A stretch of DNA of 32,000 nucleotides from Desulfotalea psychrophila LSv54 (GTDB lineage: Bacteria > Desulfobacterota > Desulfobulbia > Desulfobulbales > Desulfocapsaceae): NCBI RefSeq assembly GCF_000025945.1, contig NC_006138.1:750001-782000 (forward strand), in the 5' to 3' direction. Below are positions 23,812 through 32,000 of the stretch, in pieces. The position numbers were made by a program, and so were the translations under genes. The first letter of the stretch is position 1. Each line of letters opens with the position of its first letter. The notes below the pieces were generated by a model that was not told the origin of the DNA, ran no database searches, and was given only the letters and a program-made list of their open reading frames with translations.

Positions 23812-24456
23812 ATGGGTCAGTCTCTATTGAGTTCTTTTGGCGATGCACAACAGCGAGTTGAAAAATCACTTCAGGCCCTGCGACAGGGAGAAGGGGTGCT
23901 TTTGGTGGATGATGAAGATCGCGAAAATGAAGGCGATCTCATCTATTCTGCAGAGCATCTCACCGCCAAGCAGATGGCTCTGATGATCCGGGAAGGTTCG
24001 GGTATTGTCTGTCTCTGTTTGACTGGAGAGAAGGTGGATGAGCTTAAGCTACCCCAGATGGTGACCAACAATAATAGCCGCCATGGTACGGGATTCACTA
24101 TCTCTATCGAGGCTCGGGATGGCGTAACCACGGGCGTTTCTGCGGCAGACCGTACTCAGACTGTCAAGGCAGCTATTGCTGAAGGTGCCGTGGCTGAAGA
24201 TCTCTGTCAGCCAGGTCATGTTTTTCCACTTCGTGCTCGGGATAATGGCGTACTTGATCGTCGTGGCCATACCGAGGGCACCGTTGATCTGATGAAGCTT
24301 TCAGGTCTCGCTCCCGCAGGCCTTCTCTGTGAGTTGACCAATGTCGATGGAACCATGGCTCGTCTTCCCGAGATTGTAGACTTTGCCCGCAAGAGAGATA
24401 TGCAGGTGCTCAGCATTGAGGATATTGCCCAATATCGTCAGGGACACAATTTATAG
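23812..24456 (+). CDS. ribB: 3,4-dihydroxy-2-butanone 4-phosphate synthase (stand-alone)
   Basis: [20 protein letters not shown] and [11 protein letters not shown] motifs. AGGAG RBS 8 nt before the ATG. Confidence 0.92.
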   Translation: MGQSLLSSFGDAQQRVEKSLQALRQGEGVLLVDDEDRENEGDLIYSAEHLTAKQMALMIREGSGIVCLCLTGEKVDELKLPQMVTNNNSRHGTGFTISIEARDGVTTGVSAADRTQTVKAAIAEGAVAEDLCQPGHVFPLRARDNGVLDRRGHTEGTVDLMKLSGLAPAGLLCELTNVDGTMARLPEIVDFARKRDMQVLSIEDIAQYRQGHNL

Positions 24457-24479
24457 ACGAGGGTTACGGGGCCTGGTAG

Positions 24480-25091
24480 CTAAAGGTCCTTATTGATGCT
24501 CAGGCCTTGGTGTTCCAGGGTCCTGAGTTGGCAGAGGCATTCCGAAAAACTATCAAGACGTAAATTGGTAGAGAGTTTTATTAATGCCCCATAGTCAGTG
24601 CTGAGGCTTTCGGCTTCATATTCGGTAAGGATTCTGTTTACCGCCTGTTGTAGTGGGTAGGAGAATTCAAGTGCCACCCTTTGGTAGGAGTGTTTGGTTC
24701 GAGTTTTGAGTTCTGCCAGGGCATGTTGTACGGCTCCGCTGTAGGCACGGGCCATACCTCCGGTACCTAACTTTGTCCCACCAAAATAGCGACTGACCAC
24801 GGCACATATTTCACCGATGCCCGAGTGATGGATAACGTTGAACATGGGTTTGCCCGCACAGCCCTTGGGCTCTCCATTGTCGTTCATCCCCCAGCAGGAG
24901 GGATCTGTTGGTTTTCCCGCGACATAGGCCCAACAGTTATGGCTTGCCGTGGGGTGTAGGCACTGTATCTTTTTTATAAAATCCTGGGCAATATCTTGTT
25001 CAGGGCAGTGGCTGATATAGCAGATAAACTGGCTTTTTTTGACGATGTCCGTTGTCTGGTGTTCGTGGGCGGGGATAGGATAACTCTGCAT
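24480..25091 (-). CDS. yigZ: YigZ / IMPACT-family (UPF0029) protein
   Basis: KSQFICYISHC...ASHNCWAYV...DNGEPKGCAGKPM...VVSRYFGGTKLGTGGMARAYSGAV. Confidence 0.8.
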   Translation of the reverse strand: MQSYPIPAHEHQTTDIVKKSQFICYISHCPEQDIAQDFIKKIQCLHPTASHNCWAYVAGKPTDPSCWGMNDNGEPKGCAGKPMFNVIHHSGIGEICAVVSRYFGGTKLGTGGMARAYSGAVQHALAELKTRTKHSYQRVALEFSYPLQQAVNRILTEYEAESLSTDYGALIKLSTNLRLDSFSECLCQLRTLEHQGLSINKDL

Positions 25092-25134
25092 GGGATAGCG
25101 GGAAGGTAGTTGGCACCACCTTCCCTATAGGCCT

Positions 25135-25755
25135 CTATTTGTTTTTCTTGTCTTTCTTCTTGCAAGCAGCTTCTTTGGGTGTCTTTCCGTCTTCTTGCTT
25201 TTTGCCCTTCTTTTTCTCTTTTTTCTTTTTAGCTTTTTTCTTCTTCTCTTTTTCGGACTGCTCTTTTAGGGAGAGAAGCTTCTGCTCTTTTTTATCCTTC
25301 TTCTTGCTATCTTTGTCGTTCTTCTTTTTCTTCGCCATCTTTTTCTTCTCCTTTTTTACTGGTATTATTGAATTATCCATTTCAACTTTGGCAGAATCAG
25401 GAGCTGTCGTCAAATTTATTTTTTCAGTCTCTGCAGGTTCCGGAACATCCATGACCTCTGTCTCCTCTGCGGGGACTTCTGGTGCTGGACTTATGGCTAT
25501 CAAGGCAGGATCTGTGTCAGCAAACATTTGCAGACCACTCTTTTTAAAGAGGACAAGGGCGTAGCGTAGTTGTCCTAGAGTCATGCTGCTGGCTTTTGCC
25601 GCCTGGGTTTGGGTCATTCCGTCGTCGATAGAGAGCAGGGCGGTAGCTCTTTTGCTGTCGGAAATTACCTCCTGCTGCGCAACTTTTTCGCAGATTGTCC
25701 GTTCGGAGAGACTCAATAGTTTTCCTGGTGTTATATCTGAGGATATTTCGGTCAT
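25135..25755 (-). CDS. Putative DNA-binding protein: N-terminal HTH-like domain, acidic linker, extremely Lys-rich C-terminal tail
   Basis: RATALLSIDDGMTQTQAAKASSMTLGQLRYALVLFKKSGLQMF resembles HTH_23/transposase-type helix-turn-helix domains. About half of the last ~73 residues are Lys (KKEKKKMAKKKKNDKDSKKKDKK...KKKKAKKKKEKKKGKK...). Confidence 0.65.
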   Translation of the reverse strand: MTEISSDITPGKLLSLSERTICEKVAQQEVISDSKRATALLSIDDGMTQTQAAKASSMTLGQLRYALVLFKKSGLQMFADTDPALIAISPAPEVPAEETEVMDVPEPAETEKINLTTAPDSAKVEMDNSIIPVKKEKKKMAKKKKNDKDSKKKDKKEQKLLSLKEQSEKEKKKKAKKKKEKKKGKKQEDGKTPKEAACKKKDKKNK

Positions 25756-26054
25756 TTTTTATGCCCCTGTAAAGTAATATAGGTGGTGGGATGAGGCTGT
25801 TATCTTTTAAGAGGAACAACTTGCCCGTCGATGATAGGCGCTATTTGTTTGTAAAAAGCAAACAATATCCTGATAATAGTTATTTTCGAAAAATAATGCC
25901 TTAAAAATTTCAAAAATAAAATGAAAATCTTCTGTGATTTAACTGCGGAAATTTTTGTTTTTTTATGCTATTTTCAAGGCGCATATGATCTGCCCTTTGT
26001 AGGGTAGTATGCCATCGATATCATTTTTTCTCAAAAGTAAAAGGAATTACCGTC

Positions 26055-29000
26055 ATGGGTGTATCAGTTACACAGCTGTATAGAAGAATAGATGAGAGTC
26101 GTGCCTACTGTTTTAATGTTGAATCATCCAGCTCTTTAACCCCTGAAGAGTTGAACTGTCTAAGGCTTATTTTAGCTGAGGGTTTTTTACTCGAGACAGT
26201 ATCATTTGAGCCAGTGCTTGTCGGTGATCGAGTTGTTGAGCTCGGACCGCGCATGAACTTTGCCACAGCCTGGTCTTCTAACATGGTTTCCATCTGCCAG
26301 GCCACGGGCCTTGGCATTATTAGCCGTGTTGAGCGCTCCCGACGATACCTTGTACCTGCTGATGTTGATACCCAAGAATTTATTGCTGCTCACCACGATC
26401 GAATGACCGAATGTCATTACCCCCAGCCCATTACCACCTTTGAAACCGGAATCAAGCCAGCAGAGGTCTATGATGTTGATTTGATGAGCGGCGGTGCCGA
26501 TGCCCTGTTGAACATTCCCGGTATCTCCATGGATGAGTGGGATCGTAACCTCTATTACGACTACTTTGTTAACCAAGAGGGACGGAATCCGAGCATTGTC
26601 GAGATCATGGATCTAAATAATGCCAACTCCGAGCATTCCCGCCATGGCTTTTTCAAGGCTAAGCAGGTAATTGATGGTGAAGAGCAGGAGGGAACCCTTT
26701 TTGATCTTGTCACCGATACCCTTGATGCCCATCCCGCCGGTTCAATCATTGCCTTTAAAGATAATTCCAGTGTTATTGCTGGCCATAGCTTTTCAGCTCT
26801 TGTTCCAGAGAGTCCAGGCCAGAGTTGCCCCTTTGTCCGCAGGGATGTGACCTATAATCCTCTCCTTACCGCTGAAACCCATAACTTTCCCACTGGTGTG
26901 GCTCCCTTCCCCGGTGCTGAAACAGGCACAGGCGGTAGACTTCGTGATACCATGGCTACCGGTCAGGGTTCAATGTTTATAGCTGGTACAGCAGGTTACT
27001 GTGTTGGTAATCTCAATATTCCTGGTTATGAGCTCAGCTGGGAAAAGAACTATCCATGTCCCACCAATCTTGCCTCTGCCCTTGAGATTGAAATTGAGGC
27101 CAGTAACGGTGCTTCTGATTATGGTAATAAGTTCGGCGAACCCCTGATTCAGGGATTCACCCGTTCCTTTGATATGCGTCTTGAAAACGGTGAGCGCTGG
27201 GGCTTTCTTAAGCCCATCATGTTCACCGCCGGTATTGGTCAGATGAATGATCAACATACTGTAAAGTCAGCTGAAGAAAAGGGCATGATCATCGTTCAAG
27301 TTGGCGGTCCTGCCTACCGTGTTGGTTTTGGTGGTGGTGCAGCCTCTTCTATGCTGCAGGGTGAGAATGAGTCTGAATTGGATTTTGATGCGGTTCAGCG
27401 TGGCGATGCCGAGATGGAACAGAAGATGAGTCGTGTCATCCGCGCCTGTAACGAGATGGGCGAGAAGAGCCTCATTGAGATAATTCACGATCAAGGTTGC
27501 GGTGGTCCTGCCAACGTTATCAAAGAGCTGGTTGAAAAATCAGGTGGCCGGGTAGATATCAGAAAGATACAGGTGGGTGATCCTACCATGTCTGTTCTGG
27601 AAATCTATGTTGCTGAATATCAAGAGCGTTGTGGCTTCCTTATTCGTCCAGAGAATATTGAGCAATTTGAAAATATCTGTAAGCGTGAAAAGGTGGGCTG
27701 TGAGATCCTCGGTGAGGTGACAGGTGATCTTCGTTTCGTTCTCTTTGATTCCGAAAATGGTACAACACCCGTTGATATCGATCTTCCTGTGCTTCTTGGC
27801 GATATCCCGCAGAAGACCTTTGAAGATAACCGTACTAAGAATACATTCTCGCCATTGAAATTGGCAGCAGATGCTACCATTGAAAGCAGTCTTCACGATG
27901 TTTTACGTCTGGTTTCCGTTGGCTCCAAGAGGTTTCTGACTAATAAGGTGGATCGTGCCGTATCCGGTCTTATTGCCCAGCAACAATGTGTGGGGCCTCT
28001 TCAGTTGCCTCTCAGTAACGTGGCCGTGGTTGCTCAATCTCATTTTTCCAAGAGTGGTATTGCCAGTGCTATTGGTGAGCAGTCTATTAAGATGCTTATT
28101 GATCCCGCAGCCGGCGCCCGTATGGCCGTGGGCGAGGTCTTGACCAATATGGTCTGGGCTAAGATTGACGATATGGAGCAGATCAAGTGTTCCGCCAACT
28201 GGATGTGGGCACCAAAGCTTGCCGGCGAAGGTGCCGCTCTCTACGATGCAGCCAAGGCCATGCGCGATACTATGATTGAAGTGGGTATGGCCGTCGATGG
28301 TGGTAAGGACAGTCTCTCCATGGCAACCATGGTTGGTGATGAGGTGGTCAAGTCTCCTCGTGAGTTGGTTATCTCCACCTATGCCGCCATGGCCGATCTG
28401 GATAAGAAGGTCACCCCTGATCTCAAGCATGTGGACAGTGAACTCTTCTTCATCGATCCAAGCTGTGGCGCGGCCCGTATGGGTGGCACTGCCCTGGCTC
28501 AGGTTAATGGCCAACTGGGCGATAAGAGCCCCGATGTTGAGGATGGCGCCTTGCTCAAGAAGGCATTTCTTGCCGTTCAGGAGATGATTGATGCCGGTCT
28601 GATTTCAGCTGGACATGATAGAAGTGACGGTGGTTTAGTTACCACCATGCTCGAGATGGCCTTTGCCGGTAACTGTGGTTTGAAAATAGAGCTCAGCGGT
28701 GATGTTTCAGCCCATGACTATCTCTTCAATGAAGAGTTGGGAATGATGATCGAATGTGTGCCAGGTGCCGAGGCGGAGGTTGAGGAAATCTTGGTCGCAG
28801 CAGGTATCACTCCAGTAGCCCTTGGTTTCACCACTGCCGATAAGAATATCTCCATCTCCTATAACGGTGAGCAGGTTCTAAATCGTGAGATGCAGGTACT
28901 TCGTTCCTGGTGGGAGGAGACCAGTTATCAGCTTGAGCGTCTTCAGGTTAATGTCGCCTGTGCCGAGAGTGAAAAAGAGGTCATCTACGATCGCAAGGGT

Positions 29001-29858
29001 CCAGCTTATCATCTGCCATTTGCCCCTGAGCCTGCCACGGCAGAGGTCTTGGCTGCAACGGATAAACCAAAGATTGCCATCCTCCGTGACGAGGGTTCCA
29101 ACTCCGATCGCGAGATGACCGCAGCCTTCTATTCCGCGGGCTTTGAGGCATGGGATGTCTGCATGAACGATCTGCTGGCCGGATCGGTTGATCTTGCCGA
29201 CTTCAGAGGACTTGCCGCAGTTGGTGGTTTCTCCTATGCCGATGTACCGGAGTCTGCCAAGGGTTGGGCTGCTACCATTCAGTTTAATCCGCGTCTTAAG
29301 GAGATGTTTGATACCTTCTATAATCGTCCAGACACCTTTACCTTTGGTATCTGTAACGGTTGTCAGCTCTTTTCTCTTCTTGGTTGGGTCCCTCAGCTGG
29401 GCACCTCGGCTGAAGATCAGCCTCGTTTTGCTGGTAACCTCTCGGGTAGGTTTGAGTCTCGCTGGACAACGGTGAAGGTTCAGGCCAGTACCTCTATCAT
29501 GCTTCAGGGTATGGAAGATCTGGTCTTTGGTATCCATGTGGATCATGGTGAGGGACGTCTCCTCTTCCCCAACGCCGATATCATGGAGCATGTGAAGGAA
29601 CACGGCATGACCCCCATGGTCTATGTTGATGATGAGGGCGAGGCCACCGAGCAGTATCCGCTCAATCCCAACGGTTCTGCCGAGGGACTTGCCGGACTCT
29701 GTTCAGCAGATGGTCGCCATCTTGCCCTGATGCCACATCCGGAGCGCTGTTTTCTTCCATGGCAGATGCACTACCTGCCGGAGGAGATGAAGGAGCTGGA
29801 GGTTTCTCCATGGTTCCAGATGTTCAAAAATGCCTATGACTGGTGTATGAGTAACTAG
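26055..29858 (+). CDS. purL: Phosphoribosylformylglycinamidine synthase, single-chain large form
   Basis: 1267 aa. The central FGAM synthetase repeats carry the motifs AETHNFPT, GAETGTGGRLRD and GVAVDGGKDS-like. The C-terminal glutaminase has GICNGCQ and MPHPER. Confidence 0.95.
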   Translation: MGVSVTQLYRRIDESRAYCFNVESSSSLTPEELNCLRLILAEGFLLETVSFEPVLVGDRVVELGPRMNFATAWSSNMVSICQATGLGIISRVERSRRYLVPADVDTQEFIAAHHDRMTECHYPQPITTFETGIKPAEVYDVDLMSGGADALLNIPGISMDEWDRNLYYDYFVNQEGRNPSIVEIMDLNNANSEHSRHGFFKAKQVIDGEEQEGTLFDLVTDTLDAHPAGSIIAFKDNSSVIAGHSFSALVPESPGQSCPFVRRDVTYNPLLTAETHNFPTGVAPFPGAETGTGGRLRDTMATGQGSMFIAGTAGYCVGNLNIPGYELSWEKNYPCPTNLASALEIEIEASNGASDYGNKFGEPLIQGFTRSFDMRLENGERWGFLKPIMFTAGIGQMNDQHTVKSAEEKGMIIVQVGGPAYRVGFGGGAASSMLQGENESELDFDAVQRGDAEMEQKMSRVIRACNEMGEKSLIEIIHDQGCGGPANVIKELVEKSGGRVDIRKIQVGDPTMSVLEIYVAEYQERCGFLIRPENIEQFENICKREKVGCEILGEVTGDLRFVLFDSENGTTPVDIDLPVLLGDIPQKTFEDNRTKNTFSPLKLAADATIESSLHDVLRLVSVGSKRFLTNKVDRAVSGLIAQQQCVGPLQLPLSNVAVVAQSHFSKSGIASAIGEQSIKMLIDPAAGARMAVGEVLTNMVWAKIDDMEQIKCSANWMWAPKLAGEGAALYDAAKAMRDTMIEVGMAVDGGKDSLSMATMVGDEVVKSPRELVISTYAAMADLDKKVTPDLKHVDSELFFIDPSCGAARMGGTALAQVNGQLGDKSPDVEDGALLKKAFLAVQEMIDAGLISAGHDRSDGGLVTTMLEMAFAGNCGLKIELSGDVSAHDYLFNEELGMMIECVPGAEAEVEEILVAAGITPVALGFTTADKNISISYNGEQVLNREMQVLRSWWEETSYQLERLQVNVACAESEKEVIYDRKGPAYHLPFAPEPATAEVLAATDKPKIAILRDEGSNSDREMTAAFYSAGFEAWDVCMNDLLAGSVDLADFRGLAAVGGFSYADVPESAKGWAATIQFNPRLKEMFDTFYNRPDTFTFGICNGCQLFSLLGWVPQLGTSAEDQPRFAGNLSGRFESRWTTVKVQASTSIMLQGMEDLVFGIHVDHGEGRLLFPNADIMEHVKEHGMTPMVYVDDEGEATEQYPLNPNGSAEGLAGLCSADGRHLALMPHPERCFLPWQMHYLPEEMKELEVSPWFQMFKNAYDWCMSN

Positions 29859-29884
29859 TCTTTTATCAGCCTGCAAATATGCTC

Positions 29885-29926
29885 AAAAAAATCCCCACCC
29901 TGCCTCGCAGAGTGGGGATTTTTTTT
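29885..29926 (+). terminator. Rho-independent terminator after purL
   Basis: AAAAAAATCCCCAC-13 nt loop-GTGGGGATTTTTTTT. Confidence 0.75.
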
Positions 29927-30104
29927 ATTCTTTTGATATCTGCGGTTCAGAGGCGTATTATGGTAATGTATCAGGATTGTTAGACGTATTTTCCGTTAGA
30001 AGCCATTGGCGGGGTGTAAAGGATTGCTCGGTGACGCTGTTTTGTCCTACCTCTGCATCCCTTCCCTCATCTTTATACATTCTTTGTCTTAAAGGAGTCG
30101 TGAG

Positions 30105-30644
30105 ATGAAAGTTTCTGTGTATATCGCAACCAGCTTGGATGGATATATTGCCCGGGCCGATGGAGATATCTCCTGGCTCAGGGAGGCAGGTAGTTCTGCC
30201 GGTCAGGAAGATTATGGCTATGGAGAGTTCTTTCGCTCGGTGGACTGTATGATACTGGGGAGAAAGAGCTTTGAAACGGTCCTGAGCTTTCCCACCTGGC
30301 CCTATACCGGCAAACGGGTAATTGTCCTGACCAAGACCTTGGAGGAGATCCCTGCCCGGGTACGGGGAAGGGTTGAACTCTATTCAGGCTTGATGAAAGA
30401 ACTGGTGGCCAGCTTGGAGGCAGAGGGATGCAGGCGTATTTATATAGATGGTGGCAAAATTATCCGCTCCTTTCTGCGAAAAAATCTCCTTACCGATATT
30501 ACCATAACAAGAATTCCCCTCCTTCTCGGTGAAGGCATTCGTCTCTTTGGCGAGACCGGCTACGATATTAAGCTTAGACATATAAAAACAAAGTCTTATG
30601 AAAGTGGCTTTGTTAAGTCGACCTATGAGTTTGCCCTGCAGTAA
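30105..30644 (+). CDS. Dihydrofolate reductase-family / RibD C-terminal-domain protein
   Basis: MKVSVYIATSLDGYIARADGDISWL...ILGRKSFE...IYIDGGKIIRSFL...ITRIPLLLGEGIRLF is typical of the RibD_C family. Confidence 0.8.
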   Translation: MKVSVYIATSLDGYIARADGDISWLREAGSSAGQEDYGYGEFFRSVDCMILGRKSFETVLSFPTWPYTGKRVIVLTKTLEEIPARVRGRVELYSGLMKELVASLEAEGCRRIYIDGGKIIRSFLRKNLLTDITITRIPLLLGEGIRLFGETGYDIKLRHIKTKSYESGFVKSTYEFALQ

Positions 30645-30812
30645 TTGTTTAAAAGTGTTTATATAACTTTGTCAGCTATTTTTAGCTATAAAGATGACCT
30701 GTTAATGGCCATATCCGCAGAATTGTCTTTGCACTGTTATTTGTTGGCGACTTTATCCTTTCTCTCTCCTCACCTTTGCCAAAAGCGGCAGAAATATTAG
30801 GCTCCAGTTAGC

Positions 30813-30857
30813 AAAAAAAAGGTCAATCTGCGTCTCTAATGTCAATTGATTGACCTT
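30813..30857 (-). terminator. Orphan terminator-like hairpin, oriented for minus-strand transcription
   Basis: The minus strand reads AAGGTCAAT-21 nt-ATTGACCTT followed by TTTTTTGC (the A8 run at 30813-20 on the plus strand). No annotated minus-strand gene lies upstream of it. Confidence 0.35.
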
Positions 30858-31265
30858 AGGCAAAACTGTTCTAGCAGAGCTTATTTTGGTTCATTTTCTA
30901 CGGATTATGGACTTTTTGTCAGCAAATAATTTGTTTTATTGCTTTTTTAGGAGAAAAAAAGGCTAGGGAGTTGCCGCTTAAGACAACAGTAGAATTGTCT
31001 CTTTTGGTTATGTTTTGCCGAAGATTGTTCTGTTTTATGCCTGCTCTTCTAGCTCTACCCGAGGGCTTCTAACATGCAAAATAAATGGATTTTAACTTTT
31101 TCTTATTGTATTTAAGTAAATTGAGCCTGCAACAGTACTACCTAACTTAAGTTAAATAGCCCTAAGGATCTTCACAGAGGCCTAATAAGTTTTTTTTATT
31201 GAAAGCATAAAAAATAATAATTTAGCTTGTGCTCGGCCTCTCAGGTTTATATAGTGCATCAAATT

Positions 31266-31293
31266 TTTACATAGTATGTATCAAAATTATACA
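31266..31293 (+). promoter_or_regulatory. Candidate sigma70 promoter with an overlapping palindromic operator, upstream of the alanine:cation symporter gene
   Basis: TTTACA-16 nt-TATACA. The perfect palindrome TACATA-G-TATGTA (31268-31280) overlaps the -35 and the spacer. Confidence 0.35.
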
Positions 31294-31385
31294 TGCAAGA
31301 GGACATTTAGGTTTGGAGAGAAAATCTTTTTAGGTCTTTTTGCTGGTTGAGCAAACTGTTAAGTCAATGAGGGAGAGGAGAATAC

Positions 31386-32000
31386 ATGGATTTCTTGGAA
31401 ACTTTTGGGGTAGTTGTCGCAAAACTTAACTCTTTTGTCTGGGGGCCGCCAATGCTTATCATGTTGGTGGGTACCGGTTGTTGGCTAACCTACAACCTTC
31501 GCGGCATTCAGTTCCGACAGCTCGGCCACTCTCTCTGGCTTGCCTTTGTAAAGCGTAAGGAAGATACCGATGAGCCGGGTGATATCAGTCACTTTCAGGC
31601 CCTGATGACAGCCTTGGCCGCAACCGTTGGTACCGGTAATATTGCCGGTGTTGCCACGGCTATTGCCATTGGTGGTCCCGGAGCCCTTTTTTGGATGTGG
31701 ATGAGTGCCCTGGTCGGTATGGCAACGAAGTACGCTGAGGCCATCCTTGCAGTAAAATATCGTGTCCAAGATGAAAATGGTGAAATGTGTGGTGGCCCAA
31801 TGTACTACATTGCCCGTGGTTTGAAGAAGCCATGGCTTGGTGCAATTTTTGCGGCCCTTGCCGCAATTACCGCCCTGGGTACCGGGAATATGGTTCAGTC
31901 CAACTCCATCGCCGATGTCCTTGAGGCAACCTGCAGTATCCCACCCATGTACACCGGTATCGCTCTGATGATATTTACAGCCCTTGTTGTTTTGGGTGGT
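31386..32000 (+). CDS. Alanine/glycine:cation symporter (AGCS family), 5' part; continues beyond the window
   Basis: Not in the ORF track because there is no stop in the window. Hand translation from ATG 31386 (RBS GGGAGAGGAG upstream) stays open to 32000: [31 protein letters not shown]...[41 protein letters not shown]... This is the AGCS signature region. Confidence 0.85.
   Translation, partial: MDFLETFGVVVAKLNSFVWGPPMLIMLVGTGCWLTYNLRGIQFRQLGHSLWLAFVKRKEDTDEPGDISHFQALMTALAATVGTGNIAGVATAIAIGGPGALFWMWMSALVGMATKYAEAILAVKYRVQDENGEMCGGPMYYIARGLKKPWLGAIFAALAAITALGTGNMVQSNSIADVLEATCSIPPMYTGIALMIFTALVVLGG

Noticed and set aside
25139-25564. Repetitive TTCTTTTTC-type DNA and a 141-aa Phe/Ser-rich plus-strand ORF; briefly considered as a repeat array or CRISPR-like
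   Set aside because: There is no regular repeat-spacer periodicity. It is simply the complement of the Lys-codon-rich tail of the minus-strand gene.
26105-29603. Long minus-strand ORFs inside purL (for example 27903-28514, 203 aa; 28878-29603, 241 aa)
   Set aside because: Antisense to an uninterrupted 1267-aa PurL with conserved motifs throughout. These are typical frame -1 shadow ORFs.
30719-31000. Exact 10-mer AGAATTGTCT at 30719-30728 and 30991-31000
   Set aside because: A single 10-nt match in 740 bp of AT-rich DNA is within chance expectation, and no further copies were seen.
31295-31385. Looked for a glycine riboswitch in the leader of the AGCS symporter gene, a common arrangement
   Set aside because: Only an isolated GGAGAG is present. 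The conserved ACCGAAGGGGCAA / CUCUGGAGAG...CACCG elements are absent.
1-32000. Searched by eye for mobile elements, integrases, CRISPR repeats, rRNA, tmRNA, RNase P and SRP RNA signatures
   Set aside because: None found. The only sizeable repeats are the tRNA operon duplication and the intragenic 120-nt repeat.

Overview
Chromosomal window that is mostly housekeeping genes, from an anaerobic Gram-negative bacterium. A selenocysteine formate dehydrogenase with NuoE/NuoF-like partners, a Na+-pumping oxaloacetate decarboxylase, SelU and moderate GC suggest a Desulfobacterota/Desulfobulbales-like organism; this is inference only. All homology calls come from motifs I recognise by eye; no searches were run.

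Gene order:
- (-) nuoE-like / nuoF-like / fdhA. The fdhA ORF is split by an in-frame TGA (Sec) followed by a SECIS-like hairpin.
- (+) oadG-oadA-oadB. OadB has an unusual N-terminal extension.
- (-) letA-letB-like PqiA / seven-MCE pair.
- (+) PEGA lipoprotein.
- Two paralogous (-) tRNA-Lys/tRNA-Glu mini-operons, each with its own promoter and terminator. They bracket a small-accessory-protein gene, a sodium:solute symporter and murI.
- (+) prmA, (-) PilZ gene, (+) frameshifted rsmE, (+) selU.
- Five tightly packed (+) ORFs with no family I recognise (20418-23140). The first is a secreted protein with a degenerate SNase-like domain and a near-identical duplicated Cys-rich module.
- FMN riboswitch-ribB, (-) yigZ, and (-) an HTH protein with an extreme poly-lysine tail.
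- (+) purL (large form), a RibD_C/DHFR-family gene, a 740-bp AT-rich non-coding gap, and the 5' part of an alanine/glycine:cation symporter gene.

I saw no rRNA, CRISPR array, transposase or integrase.

The best candidate for something undescribed is the 20418-23140 cluster. Secondary candidates are the OadB N-terminal pseudo-biotinyl domain and the HTH/poly-Lys protein.
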